64,000 bases of DNA from an uncultured Eubacteriales bacterium (GCA_964525875.1 CAZGJS010000013.1:10254-74253); one strand, 5' to 3'; positions 26,575-36,352 are shown, numbered from the stretch's first letter. Notes: generated by a model from the letters alone, not told the origin. Numbers and translations: made by a program.

Positions 26575-27843
26575 TTACGGCCGGGAACCGCCGCGGCCTT
26601 CTCCCTCTCGCCGGGCACGCGCCATGCGCCTGATTTTCAGGGCAAGGGCGGCCGCGAAGACGGCCAGGAGAACGGTGGTCACGGCCAAGCCCCGCCGCCG
26701 GAAGCGGGCCTCGTCCAGAGCCTTCTCGCCGGCGGTGCGGACCCCGGCGAGCGCCGCTTCTCCTTCGGCGACGGTCTTGGCGATCTCGGCCGTATCGAGA
26801 CCGTGGGTCAAGTTCTTGGCGGTGACGAGGACGGTCGTCACGTCCAAGAGCTTGAATTCCGCATCGCTGACTTCGACGCCCTTCTGCTTGGCCCGCGCCA
26901 AGAGGCCCTCGGCGGCCTGGAAACCGGACTCGAAGCGGTCGAGCGTCCGGCGGAGCTCGGCCGCCGCCTCGAACCCCCGCGACCCTTTTTCGTGGCACTG
27001 GACGCACACGGCACGATCGTCGGTCCCGATCATCGCCGTGGAGGGGGTAAGGATCTTGTGGTTTCCGTGGCAGGCTTCGCACTCGCTCGCCCCGAGCTCG
27101 TCGAAGGCCTTTTTATGGGGGCTCTTGGTGAAGAGCTCGCCCGTCGAGGGATGGCACTGGCGGCAGACCGAGGCCACCGACGTGACGGATGGCGGATAGG
27201 CGCCGTGGTTTCCGTGGCAGTCATTGCAGACGGGAGCGGAAAGGTCCTTCTTGTCATAGAGGGCCTTGGCGTGGACGCTGGCTTTGTAGTCGTCCAACTG
27301 GTCCGTCGGGATCCTATAGCCCTCCATGAAGGCCTTGTCGGCGTGGCAGCGGCCGCAAGTCTGGGGGATATTCCACGGAAAAGTCGGGGATTTGGGGAAC
27401 CTGGCCGATTGGATGCCATGGACACCGTGGCAGTCGGTGCAGACGGCCGCTTTCGTATCCCCGGATTTCAGGAGCTGCCCGTGGCGGCTGGTTCCATATT
27501 GACTGAGCTGGTCCGTGCGCAGGGCGGGATTGTAGGCCCGCATGGCCGCGGCGTCGGAGTGGCACCCTCCACAGAACTGGGGGATTTGGCTCCGTTTGGG
27601 CGATCCCTTGAACGATTTGTCCTTGGCCAGGTCGACGTCGTCCTTGTCCGGATTCCCTCCGTGACAGTCCTTGCAGCTCAGCCCGTACTCGGCGTGGACA
27701 TCGGCAGCGAAAGAGGCGGCCGGGACCTTGAGCTCGTCGTCGAGCTGGTTATGACACTCGATACAGCTGTTTTTCTGCCCGAAGGCTAGGAGCGGCGCAA
27801 AAAGCGCCGCCACGGTAAGAAAGCGGATCGCACGGATTTTCAT
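26575..27843 (-). CDS. nonaheme c-type cytochrome with C-terminal TM anchor
   Basis: Signal peptide MKIRAIRFLTVAALFAPLLAFG; 9 CxxCH; C-terminal helix LAVTTVLLAVFAAALAL. Confidence 0.75.
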   Translation of the reverse strand: MKIRAIRFLTVAALFAPLLAFGQKNSCIECHNQLDDELKVPAASFAADVHAEYGLSCKDCHGGNPDKDDVDLAKDKSFKGSPKRSQIPQFCGGCHSDAAAMRAYNPALRTDQLSQYGTSRHGQLLKSGDTKAAVCTDCHGVHGIQSARFPKSPTFPWNIPQTCGRCHADKAFMEGYRIPTDQLDDYKASVHAKALYDKKDLSAPVCNDCHGNHGAYPPSVTSVASVCRQCHPSTGELFTKSPHKKAFDELGASECEACHGNHKILTPSTAMIGTDDRAVCVQCHEKGSRGFEAAAELRRTLDRFESGFQAAEGLLARAKQKGVEVSDAEFKLLDVTTVLVTAKNLTHGLDTAEIAKTVAEGEAALAGVRTAGEKALDEARFRRRGLAVTTVLLAVFAAALALKIRRMARARREGEGRGGSRP

Positions 27844-27855
27844 ATTATCGTCTCG

Positions 27856-28932
27856 TCAGAGTTTCGGCAACGCATAGGTCAGGACCGTCATGACCGCGAT
27901 GTAGGCGGCCAGGACCAGACCGATCCAGGTGAAAGGGGGGCTTCGCTTCTCGCGGCCGGCGCGCCGGTCCAGGAAGGGTATCAGCATCCAGAGCAGGCCC
28001 CCGGCCATGAAGCCCAATATGGCCAGCCTCTCCCCTTCGATGGACAGGATGTGCGCGGGGACGATCTTGAGGGTCGTGAACATGAAGGTAAAATACCACT
28101 CCGGTTTGATGCCGAGCGGGGTCGCGGCCAGCGGGTCGGCTTTCGTTCCGATCTCCCATGGTAAAAATACGCACAGGACGCCGATGAGGACGAGCATCAG
28201 GGTCCAGCCGAGTGCATCCTTGTACAGGAAGTCGGGAAAGAAGGGGATTTCCTTCGTCCCGCGCTCGCCGACGGGCTTGCTCATGCCCAGGGTTTGGACG
28301 AGGAGGATGTGGATGCCGATGAGGATCAGCGCGGCCAGGGGCAGCAGGGCGACGTGGAACCAGAAGAAACGGGAAAGGGTCGCCTGGGAGACCTCGGGCC
28401 CTCCCAAGATGAACGTTTTGAGCCAATTGCCTATGAACGGGAGGCTCCCGGCGATGTCTGTCCCGACGCGGGTCGCGAAATAGGACAGCTCGTTCCAGGG
28501 GAGGAGGTAGCCGCTGAACCCGAAGGCCATGAAGAGGACTAACAGGAGGAAGCCGGTCACCCACGTCAGTTCCCGGGGTTTACGGTAGGCCTTGAGGAAG
28601 AATGTCGAGAACATGTGGACGAAGAGGAGGCCGATGAGGATGTTGGCCGTCCAGCTGTGGACGGAGCGGATGAGCCAGCCGAACTTGACCCCGCTCATGA
28701 TGAACTGGATGCTTTCGTGGGCGGCGTCGATGTGGGGAGTATAGTAAAGAAGGAGCATGGCGCCCGTCGCGACCTGGATCCCGGTCAGGAACAGGCAGAT
28801 CCCGCCGAAGAAATACCAGAATGAATGGCGGTGTTCGGGAACGGTCTTTTTCTTTCCAAAGGCGATGAGCCCTGAAAGCAGGAAGCGTTCGTCCAGGAAT
28901 TTCCAGACGCTCTGCCCGATTTTCTTGGCCAT
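27856..28932 (-). CDS. cytochrome b of a Rieske/cyt b (bc-type) complex
   Basis: ATG 28932 (MAKKIGQSVWKFL); 8+ TM helices, heme-ligand His pairs, Qo-site PEWY motif (IKPEWYF). Confidence 0.8.
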   Translation of the reverse strand: MAKKIGQSVWKFLDERFLLSGLIAFGKKKTVPEHRHSFWYFFGGICLFLTGIQVATGAMLLLYYTPHIDAAHESIQFIMSGVKFGWLIRSVHSWTANILIGLLFVHMFSTFFLKAYRKPRELTWVTGFLLLVLFMAFGFSGYLLPWNELSYFATRVGTDIAGSLPFIGNWLKTFILGGPEVSQATLSRFFWFHVALLPLAALILIGIHILLVQTLGMSKPVGERGTKEIPFFPDFLYKDALGWTLMLVLIGVLCVFLPWEIGTKADPLAATPLGIKPEWYFTFMFTTLKIVPAHILSIEGERLAILGFMAGGLLWMLIPFLDRRAGREKRSPPFTWIGLVLAAYIAVMTVLTYALPKL

Positions 28933-28933
28933 G

Positions 28934-29359
28934 TCAGCTTTTCCTGGAGACGATGATGTCGGGGCCGGAAACCTCGACGGCGTAGGTTTCGAGCGGTCTC
29001 GGCGGCGGCCCGGACAGGACGTTCCCGCTGAGGTCGAAACGGCCGTTGTGACAGGGGCAGAAGAGGGTCCCTGTTTCGCCGTCATAGCGGACCGTGCATG
29101 TCAAGTGGGTACAGATAGCCGAGAGGGCGACCAGGGTCCCCTCCGCCGTGTTGATCAAGACGGCCGGCGCCGAACCGAACTTGAAGATCTTGGCCGCGTT
29201 GGGGGGAAGCTCGCCGGCCTTGGCCGCCGCGACGCTGTTCTGGACGGCGCCGGTCCTCTTGGACGGGAGGACGTAGCGAACGACCGGATAGACGAAGGCG
29301 GCGATCGTGGCCAGAAGGCTTCCGCCGAAGAAGATGTCGAGGAAACTGCGGCGTTTCAC
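28934..29359 (-). CDS. Rieske [2Fe-2S] iron-sulfur protein
   Basis: N-terminal TM anchor; CTHLTC ... CPCHNG cluster-binding boxes; ATGA overlap with upstream gene. Confidence 0.85.
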   Translation of the reverse strand: MKRRSFLDIFFGGSLLATIAAFVYPVVRYVLPSKRTGAVQNSVAAAKAGELPPNAAKIFKFGSAPAVLINTAEGTLVALSAICTHLTCTVRYDGETGTLFCPCHNGRFDLSGNVLSGPPPRPLETYAVEVSGPDIIVSRKS

Positions 29360-31404
29360 TTTTTCTCTTCTTTTCCGCTGCCCAACGATTTTATTGTTCC
29401 CAATATTTTTGTCAAGTAGTCGTCGATAAAAAGATAGTTGTGGATGCCCGAACTCCCGTCGAGGTCGATCGTCCGCAACGCCTCCTCGATCTTCTGGACC
29501 ACGGCTTTTTCGGGGTCCGTCAAAGGGCTTTTATAGAGGGCGTGGAGGGCGGACCGGGCTTCGTCGGCGCGGCTCCGGACGCCGTCCCGCCACTCGGTGA
29601 ACGTCGCCCGGTATTTCTCGTCGTGGCAGGCGACGCAGGCGCCGCCGTCGGGCCGGACGACCTTCTTGGCTTTATCCACGTGGCAATCCGGGCAGGACGC
29701 CCCGGCCTCGGCCATCATGTCCTTCGGGACCTTGACCTCCCCGAGCGCCCCTCCCTCGTAAAACGTTTTCTGGAGGGCATGGCACTCGCCGCAGCTTTTC
29801 TTGGCCTCCTGATGATGGCAGGTTGCGCAGGACGCCTTGGTGGCCGTCAGCTCGCCATGGCGGCGGACGTTCGAATGGCACGTCGCACACTCCAGCTTCT
29901 GCCCGACAGCATGTTTGCGGTGGGAAAACTGGAGGCCGAACACGGGGCGGCTGATCTCCTCGATCCCGGCGTGGCAGGTCAGGCAGGCGTTCGGCGTTTC
30001 GCGGTTCAAGAGGGTCGTCGCCTCCGGCCGGTAGGTGGAGCCCGCGGCGGCCAGGGCTTCGCGGATTTTTTCAAGCGACGCGGTCAAGAGCTCCTGGGAA
30101 TAGGCCATGTTATGGACGCTCTTGCCCTTTTCCACGATGTCGATATTGAACCGGGCTTCATCGAGGAGGGCCGTGGGCTCTTTCTTTTTCGGCCCGGCCG
30201 CCGATCGGACGGCCACGGCCGCCCGCGCCGAAATCGCCTTGATCTCCGCCAGCCTCTTCTCGGTCGCGCTCTCCCAATTCTTTAAGATCCGGTCGAAGCC
30301 GCGGCCATGGCACGACTCGCAGGCCGCGCCGCTCGCCGTGAGCGTATCGCCCTTGTCCAGCCGGCCGCTCGCCTCATGGAACATGTGGCAGCCCTGGCAG
30401 CTAAGCCCTTTCTCCAGCATGACGTTGGGCATGGCGTGCGGGATCCCTTTTCCGCCCTGACCCGTGTAAAGGATTTTCTGGGCGCTGTGGGTCCCTTGGT
30501 GGCAGGCCTGGCAGTCGGCGATCGTCTCGATGTCCTTGACGATCTTGTGTTCGATTTCGCGGTGGCACTGCTCGCACTCGATCTTGTTGGCCGTGATGTG
30601 GGTCCGGTGCATAAGTTCCGTATCGTTGTACTTCTCCAGCCGGTCCCTCTCGAAATGGCACTTGTCGCAGTTTTCCTTCGGCACCTCGCCGTCGCCGGAC
30701 ACGATACGGCTGTGGCACTTGTCGCAGCTGTAGCCGTTGTCGAAGACGGGCATGTGGTCGAAACGCTCCTTGACGGCGAGAAGCTCGTCCTTGCGGTGGC
30801 AGACGGCGCATTCCCCTGTCCGGACCTCGGGCGCCTTGTCCTTGAAATGGCAGAGGAAACAGGACGCCGGCGTGACGGTGATGTGTTCGCCTTGCACGAT
30901 CTGGGAGTGGCAGCTCGTGCAGCGCAGGGTCTTGCCCCGTTTGAGGTCGTCGAAGTGGGCCTTGTGGTCGAAGGCGACCTTGCCGAACTCGACCTTGCCC
31001 TCGAGAAGCCTCCGGTCGTGACAGCCGGGACGGAGGCAGCTCTCGTCCTGGATTTCCGCCCAGGGCTTGGATTTCACGTAGAGGCGCGTCCAGTAGCGGC
31101 CGACCATGACCAGGCCCTCGATTTTCGTCCGGAAGAACGATTTCATGCCCGGCGGATAATGGCAGACCTTGCACTGGACGTCTTTGTGGGAGGAGGTCTT
31201 CCAGCTCTCGAAAAAGGGCTTCATGTAATGGCAGGACGAACAGAAACGTGACGTCGAGGTCACCTCGATGGAAACGACGAACAGCAGGATGACGGCCGCC
31301 GGCAGGCCGAAGAGGAGGAGACGGCGTTTCCTGCGTTTCGGCTTCTGCGGCAGGGCTTCCGAGCCCAGCACCGCGGCCGGGTCCCGAGGGCCGTCCTCAG
31401 GCAT
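29356..31404 (-). CDS. membrane-anchored multiheme (17 CxxCH) cytochrome with NapC/NirT/NrfH-type N-terminal quinol-dehydrogenase module
   Basis: ATG 31404; TM LLLFGLPAAVILLFVV then FCSSCHYMKPFFESWKTSSH (NapC/NirT signature); 17 CxxCH plus one possible CX4CH (CLRPGCH). Confidence 0.7.
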   Translation of the reverse strand: MPEDGPRDPAAVLGSEALPQKPKRRKRRLLLFGLPAAVILLFVVSIEVTSTSRFCSSCHYMKPFFESWKTSSHKDVQCKVCHYPPGMKSFFRTKIEGLVMVGRYWTRLYVKSKPWAEIQDESCLRPGCHDRRLLEGKVEFGKVAFDHKAHFDDLKRGKTLRCTSCHSQIVQGEHITVTPASCFLCHFKDKAPEVRTGECAVCHRKDELLAVKERFDHMPVFDNGYSCDKCHSRIVSGDGEVPKENCDKCHFERDRLEKYNDTELMHRTHITANKIECEQCHREIEHKIVKDIETIADCQACHQGTHSAQKILYTGQGGKGIPHAMPNVMLEKGLSCQGCHMFHEASGRLDKGDTLTASGAACESCHGRGFDRILKNWESATEKRLAEIKAISARAAVAVRSAAGPKKKEPTALLDEARFNIDIVEKGKSVHNMAYSQELLTASLEKIREALAAAGSTYRPEATTLLNRETPNACLTCHAGIEEISRPVFGLQFSHRKHAVGQKLECATCHSNVRRHGELTATKASCATCHHQEAKKSCGECHALQKTFYEGGALGEVKVPKDMMAEAGASCPDCHVDKAKKVVRPDGGACVACHDEKYRATFTEWRDGVRSRADEARSALHALYKSPLTDPEKAVVQKIEEALRTIDLDGSSGIHNYLFIDDYLTKILGTIKSLGSGKEEKK

Positions 31405-32185
31405 AAGAGTGCAGCCCCGAGAGGAGGTAATTGACTCCGAAATAGGTAAACAGCGCGGCCAGGAAACCGAGGATGGCAATGAGCGCCGAGCGTTTCCCTT
31501 TCCACCCCATGACGATCCGCGTATGGAGATAGAGGGCGAAGACGAACCAGGTGATAAGGCTCCAGACCTCCTTGGGGTCCCAGCTCCAATACCTCCCCCA
31601 GGCCTTGTAAGCCCAGACCATGCCGAAGACGAGCCCCCCGAGGGTGAAGAGAGGGAAGCCCACGGCGACGGCCCGGTAGCTCAGGGAGTCCATTTTCTGT
31701 TTTTTCTCCTCCGTGTCGGCCCTGAGATAGAGCAAGCTGGCGATGAAAGCCACGGCGAAAAACGCCTCGCCGAGGAGGGTGACGGACACGTGGAGCCAAA
31801 GCCAATAGCTCTGGAGGGCAGGGACGAGGGGCGCCGTGTCCTTGGGCATGAGCGGGGACGACGCCAGGGCGACAAGGCCGACGGCGATCAGCATGACATA
31901 GGGCGCAACCCGGGGAATGCGGAATTTCCTGTCGAAAACGATCAAGGCCAGGACCGTTGCCCAGGCCAGGAAAGATAGGGATTCATACATATTGGTGAAG
32001 GGCGCGTGCCGGCTGACGACGGTCCTGAGGATGAGGGCCCCGGTGTGGACCGCGAAGCCGGCTGCGGCCAGCACAAGGCCCGCCCCGGCCCATTTCTCCT
32101 TCCCAACAAAAAGAGAAGCGAGGTAGACGAGCGCCGACAGGATGTAAAGAATGAAAGTGATGGTGAAGAGCGTGGCTTCGGTCAT
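31397..32185 (-). CDS. ccsA: cytochrome c biogenesis protein CcsA (System II heme handling, ResC)
   Basis: WWD-domain motif WGRYWSWDPKE, 7-8 TM helices; ATGA overlap with resB. Confidence 0.85.
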   Translation of the reverse strand: MTEATLFTITFILYILSALVYLASLFVGKEKWAGAGLVLAAAGFAVHTGALILRTVVSRHAPFTNMYESLSFLAWATVLALIVFDRKFRIPRVAPYVMLIAVGLVALASSPLMPKDTAPLVPALQSYWLWLHVSVTLLGEAFFAVAFIASLLYLRADTEEKKQKMDSLSYRAVAVGFPLFTLGGLVFGMVWAYKAWGRYWSWDPKEVWSLITWFVFALYLHTRIVMGWKGKRSALIAILGFLAALFTYFGVNYLLSGLHSYA

Positions 32186-33537
32186 GTTGTCCTCCTGAGG
32201 GATTCGACGAGGGTATCGAATTCGGTCTGGAAAGCTTCGCGACTTTTCGAGGCGAAGCCGCCGAGGACCGCTTCGGTCCTCCCCTGGACCTCCTCGAGGA
32301 CGACCCGGATCTCGCGGGGAGGCCAGTAGAAGGCGAGGAAAAAGCCCGCCGTTACGAAAATGCAGCCGAGCCAGATGAAGGTCACGCCCGGGTCCTTGGC
32401 CGCTTCGAGGACGGAGTATTGGGGGGCCTCATAGTTCTTCAGGATAAAGGAAAGAGAGGCTTGGCCCACCTTGTGCCCCTCCCCGAAATCGGGAAACTTG
32501 GCGAAGGTCCAGCCCGAGTAGACCCGCTCCTCCCCTTTCCAGACCTCGACCAGGGCGGCGGGGTTGTTGGGTTCCATGGAACGGGTTTGGACCTCGTTTC
32601 CCTCACCGATGACGAAATCGGGAACGAACCGGCGGACGGCGAGATGGGTAAAATCCGGGTCCTCTACAGCCAGACGTTCGCCGACCTTCAGGGACAAGGA
32701 TTTGAGATAAGCGGGGTCGGCAGGCTTCTTGACCACGATCTCGAGGCGCGGGTTTTCCCAGTCCCAGCCGTAGCTTGTCTGGTAAAAGGAGAAACGTTTA
32801 TAGGTCAACGGGTGGTTGACCTCGACGACACGCGTCAGGACGGGCGCGCTGTTCTCGAGGACGCTGACGGTGCTCTTCCAGTCCTTGACCCCGCCCTGCG
32901 GATAATATTCCGTTTCGAACCGGTCCAGGCGCACCTGGAACGCGGCATGAGGAACATCGGCCGTCTGGCCGACGCGGAGTTCCAGGTCCGCCCGGCGGCT
33001 GGTCAATCCGCTGATGACGCCCCCGGCCAGGATGATCAGCAGGCCGACGTGGACGGTATCCGACCCGAACCAGCCGAGCCTGCGCTTTTGAGCAACGACG
33101 GCGATGCGGGTTCCTGCGCCCGATGTCCTTAGGCGGTAGTGGCGGGAAGCAAGGGCTTCCCGGACCTTCTCGACGGCCGCGGGAAGAGGACCGGGAATCC
33201 GAGCCCGGCCCTTGATTTTCATGGCCTGGAGGCTTTTGTCATCGACCTCTGGGGAGGCCCGGAAGGCCCGTCTCCACTTGGGTCCGAGCCGGGCAAGAGT
33301 GCAGACGATCGTATTGAGCGCGAACAGGAAGAGTAGCGCGAGATACCAGGCCGAGTGATAAAGGCCCGTCAGCTGGAGCTTGACGAAAAGACCCGAGAGG
33401 CTGCCATAACGGGCGGCGTATTCCGCCGCGCTCCTTCCCTGGGGGATGAGCGTCCCCAGGACGGATGCGAGGGTCAGGATAATGAACAGGACGATGGCCA
33501 GCTTGACCGATTCGAAGAATTTCCAAATTGATTTCAT
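32182..33537 (-). CDS. resB: cytochrome c biogenesis protein ResB/CcsB (System II)
   Basis: N-terminal TM pair flanking large periplasmic domain, typical ResB layout and start MKSIWKFFESVKLAIVLFIILTLASVLGT. Confidence 0.75.
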   Translation of the reverse strand: MKSIWKFFESVKLAIVLFIILTLASVLGTLIPQGRSAAEYAARYGSLSGLFVKLQLTGLYHSAWYLALLFLFALNTIVCTLARLGPKWRRAFRASPEVDDKSLQAMKIKGRARIPGPLPAAVEKVREALASRHYRLRTSGAGTRIAVVAQKRRLGWFGSDTVHVGLLIILAGGVISGLTSRRADLELRVGQTADVPHAAFQVRLDRFETEYYPQGGVKDWKSTVSVLENSAPVLTRVVEVNHPLTYKRFSFYQTSYGWDWENPRLEIVVKKPADPAYLKSLSLKVGERLAVEDPDFTHLAVRRFVPDFVIGEGNEVQTRSMEPNNPAALVEVWKGEERVYSGWTFAKFPDFGEGHKVGQASLSFILKNYEAPQYSVLEAAKDPGVTFIWLGCIFVTAGFFLAFYWPPREIRVVLEEVQGRTEAVLGGFASKSREAFQTEFDTLVESLRRTT

Positions 33538-33691
33538 GACGGCTCCAATCGGCCGGCTGCCGTTTCCCGGCCTAAACTCTATCGATATTATCGGATTTAT
33601 TATTTTTTCGCAACTTGAACCTTACCTGCGTATAATCGTAAAATGACGTAGGGAAAACCTAATAATGCCGTCTTCCCGAGGGGAGGTCGCT

Positions 33692-34636
33692 ATGAATATT
33701 CTATTCATGGAACCGCTTGGCCGCGCCTGGAACCGGATGAAAATCGCGCTGTTCAGGCCGTTCGACATCCACAAGTGGTTCGTCGTCGGCTTCAACGCCT
33801 TCCTGGCCGGCCTCATGGACGCCGCCAATGGCTCGGGCGGAGGGCGCGGAGGGAAAGGCGGGAGCTTCGGCGAGTTCATCCACTTCCCCCGGACGGCCTG
33901 GGCCTGGCTGATGGACAATCCCGGCTGGGCCATCGCCATCCTCTTCCTCGCTGTCGTCGCTATCGTCATCGGGGTCGTCCTCACCTGGGCCAGCTCGCGG
34001 GGCGTTTTCATGTTCCTCGACAGCGTCGTCCATGGCCGCGTCGAGATCGCCCGGCCGTGGCGGGAATACCGGAAGGAAGGCAATTCGCTTTTCGTCTGGC
34101 GGCTCCTATTCGGCCTCGTCTGTATCGCCCTGTTCGCGGGGCTCGCCGCCTGGTTTTTCATACAGGGGGCCGCCCTCTATGACGCCGGTTACAGCCGAGC
34201 TTTTCCCATCGCCCTCATCGTCAGCCTGGGCTTGCTGGCCTTGGTGATTCTGCTCGTATGTGGTTACATCACGCTCTTCCTCAAGGACTTCGTCGCCGCC
34301 CTGATGTACAAGAACAGGATTTCGGCCGTCGCGGCCTGGAAGATCTTCATGGGGCTATTCGGGAAGTATGCCTTCCACTTCCTCGGCTACGGGGTCCTCC
34401 TCTTCTTGCTGATGCTGATGTTCGTCTTCGTCGTCATCATCGCCGGGTTGATTACTTGCTGCATCGGCTGGCTGCTCCTGGTCATCCCCTACATCGGGAC
34501 GGTCGTGACGCTTCCGTTCTGGTACACGCTCCGGGTCTTCAGCCTGGAGTTCCTGGCCCAGTTCGGTCCGGAATACAATGTGTTCCCGGTCCCGGTCGCT
34601 CCTGTGACCGCAGCCCCGGCCGTGCCCGCCGTCTGA
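33692..34636 (+). CDS. hypothetical polytopic membrane protein
   Basis: ATG 33692 with RBS GGGGAGG (alternative ATG 33665); 6+ TM helices; Gly-rich loop GSGGGRGGKGGS. Confidence 0.45.
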   Translation: MNILFMEPLGRAWNRMKIALFRPFDIHKWFVVGFNAFLAGLMDAANGSGGGRGGKGGSFGEFIHFPRTAWAWLMDNPGWAIAILFLAVVAIVIGVVLTWASSRGVFMFLDSVVHGRVEIARPWREYRKEGNSLFVWRLLFGLVCIALFAGLAAWFFIQGAALYDAGYSRAFPIALIVSLGLLALVILLVCGYITLFLKDFVAALMYKNRISAVAAWKIFMGLFGKYAFHFLGYGVLLFLLMLMFVFVVIIAGLITCCIGWLLLVIPYIGTVVTLPFWYTLRVFSLEFLAQFGPEYNVFPVPVAPVTAAPAVPAV

Positions 34637-34674
34637 CCGGAACGAGAGGCGGGACTCTCGTCGTCGGTGAGTTC

Positions 34675-34697
34675 AGAGGGGCTGTCCCTCTTTTAAT
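34675..34697 (+). terminator. hairpin + T-tract terminator (member of GGGACAGTCCC-type motif family)
   Basis: AGAGGG-GCTGT-CCCTCT followed by TTTTAATT, 40 nt after stop of 33692 gene. Confidence 0.45.
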
Positions 34698-34712
34698 TCG
34701 GAAAGACGGGGG

Positions 34713-34757
34713 TGGAGCCAGCGAGAGGGATCGAACCTCCGATCTGCAGATCAGTTG
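34713..34757 (-). repeat. R1: degenerate direct copy of tRNA-Thr 3' end (oldest/outermost island junction)
   Basis: tggagccagcgagagggatcgaacctccga identical to 3' 30 nt of tRNA-Thr at 58560; next 15 nt partially similar. Confidence 0.7.
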
Positions 34758-34849
34758 CCCGTCAGCCCGGCCAGTCACAGCCGGGCGTCCCCTTAAAAAT
34801 TCCATCGTTCAATCCTTTGTTCGACAAAACTCATTTTCGGAAGAATAAA

Positions 34850-35638
34850 ATGAAGATGAGCTTGACGAGAGCCAGCCTTGTCCTCTTCGGAGTCGCTGTT
34901 GCCTGGTTCTCCGGATGTCAAGCGGGCCTCCGAGTCATCCCTCCCTCCGCTCCTCCTATAACCCCCGCTCCCGCTGCGCCCAGCGCCGCCGTGACGCGGA
35001 CGGGCTGCACCGTGCAGGTGGGCGCCTTCTCCATCCTGGACAATGCTCGACGGCTGGCCCAGGCCCTGAACGACATTGGCCTGGATGCTTATTATTTTTC
35101 ACAGGGGTCGGGGCTCTTTAGAGTTCGTTTCGGGGACTTCCCTTCCAGGGACGCCGCCGTCCGCGAGGCCGAGCGACTTCTCGAGCAAGAGCTCGTCGAG
35201 GACTACTTCATCGTCGGCCCCGAGGATCACCCCGTTTACGGGCGGAGCTTGTCGGGAGAGGACCTCCGGGAAAATCTGGTGGCCACAGCGGAGAGTTTCA
35301 TCGGTGTGGAGTACACGTGGGGCGGAACATCGAGCCCCGAAGGCGTCGATTGCAGCGGACTGGTCCGGGCGGTCTACCAGCTGAACGGCATCAGCGTGCC
35401 TCGGACGATGATGGATCAATACCAAGCGGGAACGACGGTCGCCCGGGACCGGCTGCAAAAGGGCGACCTCGTCTTCTTCTCCGTCTCTCCGGGCCGGCCG
35501 ATATCCCATGTGGGGATCTACGTCGGGGAGAACTTCTTTATTCATGCCCCGGGGAAAGGCCAAAAGGTCCGCGAGGAATCACTCGACGGCCTTTATTTCA
35601 AGGAGCGTTTCTCCGGAGCCAGAGCTTACTTGAACTAG
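34850..35638 (+). CDS. lipoprotein with SPOR domain and NlpC/P60 peptidoglycan endopeptidase domain
   Basis: ATG 34850 (MKMSLTRASLVLFGVAVAWFSGC lipobox); SPOR-like CTVQVGAFS...FRVRFGDF; NlpC/P60 Cys (GVDCSGLV) and His (ISHVGIYVG); ORF N-terminal extension MEPARGIEPP is translation of repeat R1. Confidence 0.7.
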   Translation: MKMSLTRASLVLFGVAVAWFSGCQAGLRVIPPSAPPITPAPAAPSAAVTRTGCTVQVGAFSILDNARRLAQALNDIGLDAYYFSQGSGLFRVRFGDFPSRDAAVREAERLLEQELVEDYFIVGPEDHPVYGRSLSGEDLRENLVATAESFIGVEYTWGGTSSPEGVDCSGLVRAVYQLNGISVPRTMMDQYQAGTTVARDRLQKGDLVFFSVSPGRPISHVGIYVGENFFIHAPGKGQKVREESLDGLYFKERFSGARAYLN

Positions 35639-35678
35639 CCCCCTCCCCGTTACTTGGCTTGAAGATATCGTCGAGGCC

Positions 35679-36155
35679 TTAAGGGAAGAGCTTCTTCGTC
35701 AAGGCGGCCAGGTTCTTGGCGTGGGATTCGCAACAGTCGAGCGACCTCTTATCGGGCCGGCCGATCGAGACCGGGCCGTAGTGGTCGAACCGGTGGTCCC
35801 CCTGGACGACCATGCCGTGAATGAGGAGCGCCTGGAGGATATCGAGGACCGTCGTCTCGTTGCCGCCTCCGATGTTGGCCGAGGAGGTGAAAGCCCCGCC
35901 GACCTTCCCCCGGAGCTTCCCGTGGAACTTGACGCTCTCGTCGAGGAGCTTCTTCAGCTCCCAGGCCATGGTGCCGTAGTAGGTCGGGGACCCGAGGACG
36001 ATGCAGTCGTAGCCGAGGAGGCCGGCCGGGGACGTGTCCTCGACCGTCATCAGGTCTACCTCGAGGCCTTGCGACTCGAGGACCTCGGCGATCCGGGCCG
36101 CCATCTTCTTGGTATTTCCCGTCCGGGAATAATAGGAAACCAGGGCTTTGGGCAT
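35679..36155 (-). CDS. flavodoxin-like fold protein (WrbA/NAD(P)H:quinone oxidoreductase-type)
   Basis: ATG 36155 with RBS GGAGGAG; MPKALVSYYSRTGNTKKMA flavodoxin FMN-binding signature. Confidence 0.65.
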   Translation of the reverse strand: MPKALVSYYSRTGNTKKMAARIAEVLESQGLEVDLMTVEDTSPAGLLGYDCIVLGSPTYYGTMAWELKKLLDESVKFHGKLRGKVGGAFTSSANIGGGNETTVLDILQALLIHGMVVQGDHRFDHYGPVSIGRPDKRSLDCCESHAKNLAALTKKLFP

Positions 36156-36228
36156 CGGACTCCTCCTGCGACGCTGCCGATTATGGCTTAGGAAGGAAGT
36201 CAAGTCAAACCGACAGGTGCCAGCTTGG

Positions 36229-36295
36229 TGTCGACTTTTTGTCGTGTTGAACACTAAAAAGGGCTTAAAACGGCTTAAAAGGACATAAAGCCCGA
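36229..36295. repeat. solo IS21-family terminal repeat (TGTCGACTTTTTGTCGTGTTGAAC...GGCTTAAAAC GGCTTAAAAG)
   Basis: ~85% identical to 44153-44217 next to IS21 istB remnant; both begin TGTCGAC with different flanks; internal tandem GGCTTAAAA repeats typical of IS21 multi-site termini. Confidence 0.5.
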
Positions 36296-36352
36296 TTATC
36301 ACCAGATCTCCCGTAAGTGATTGAATCATCTGTTCTATATGGGGAGAATCAA

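Noticed and set aside
34712-34849. ORF N-termini reading MEPARGIEPP... (34712, ~52733, 55131) that look like a conserved small-protein family
   Set aside because: They are translations of the repeated tRNA-Thr 3' end (tggagccagcgagagggatcgaacc) in one frame. The conservation is nucleotide-level, and the real start of the NlpC/P60 gene is the lipoprotein ATG at 34850.
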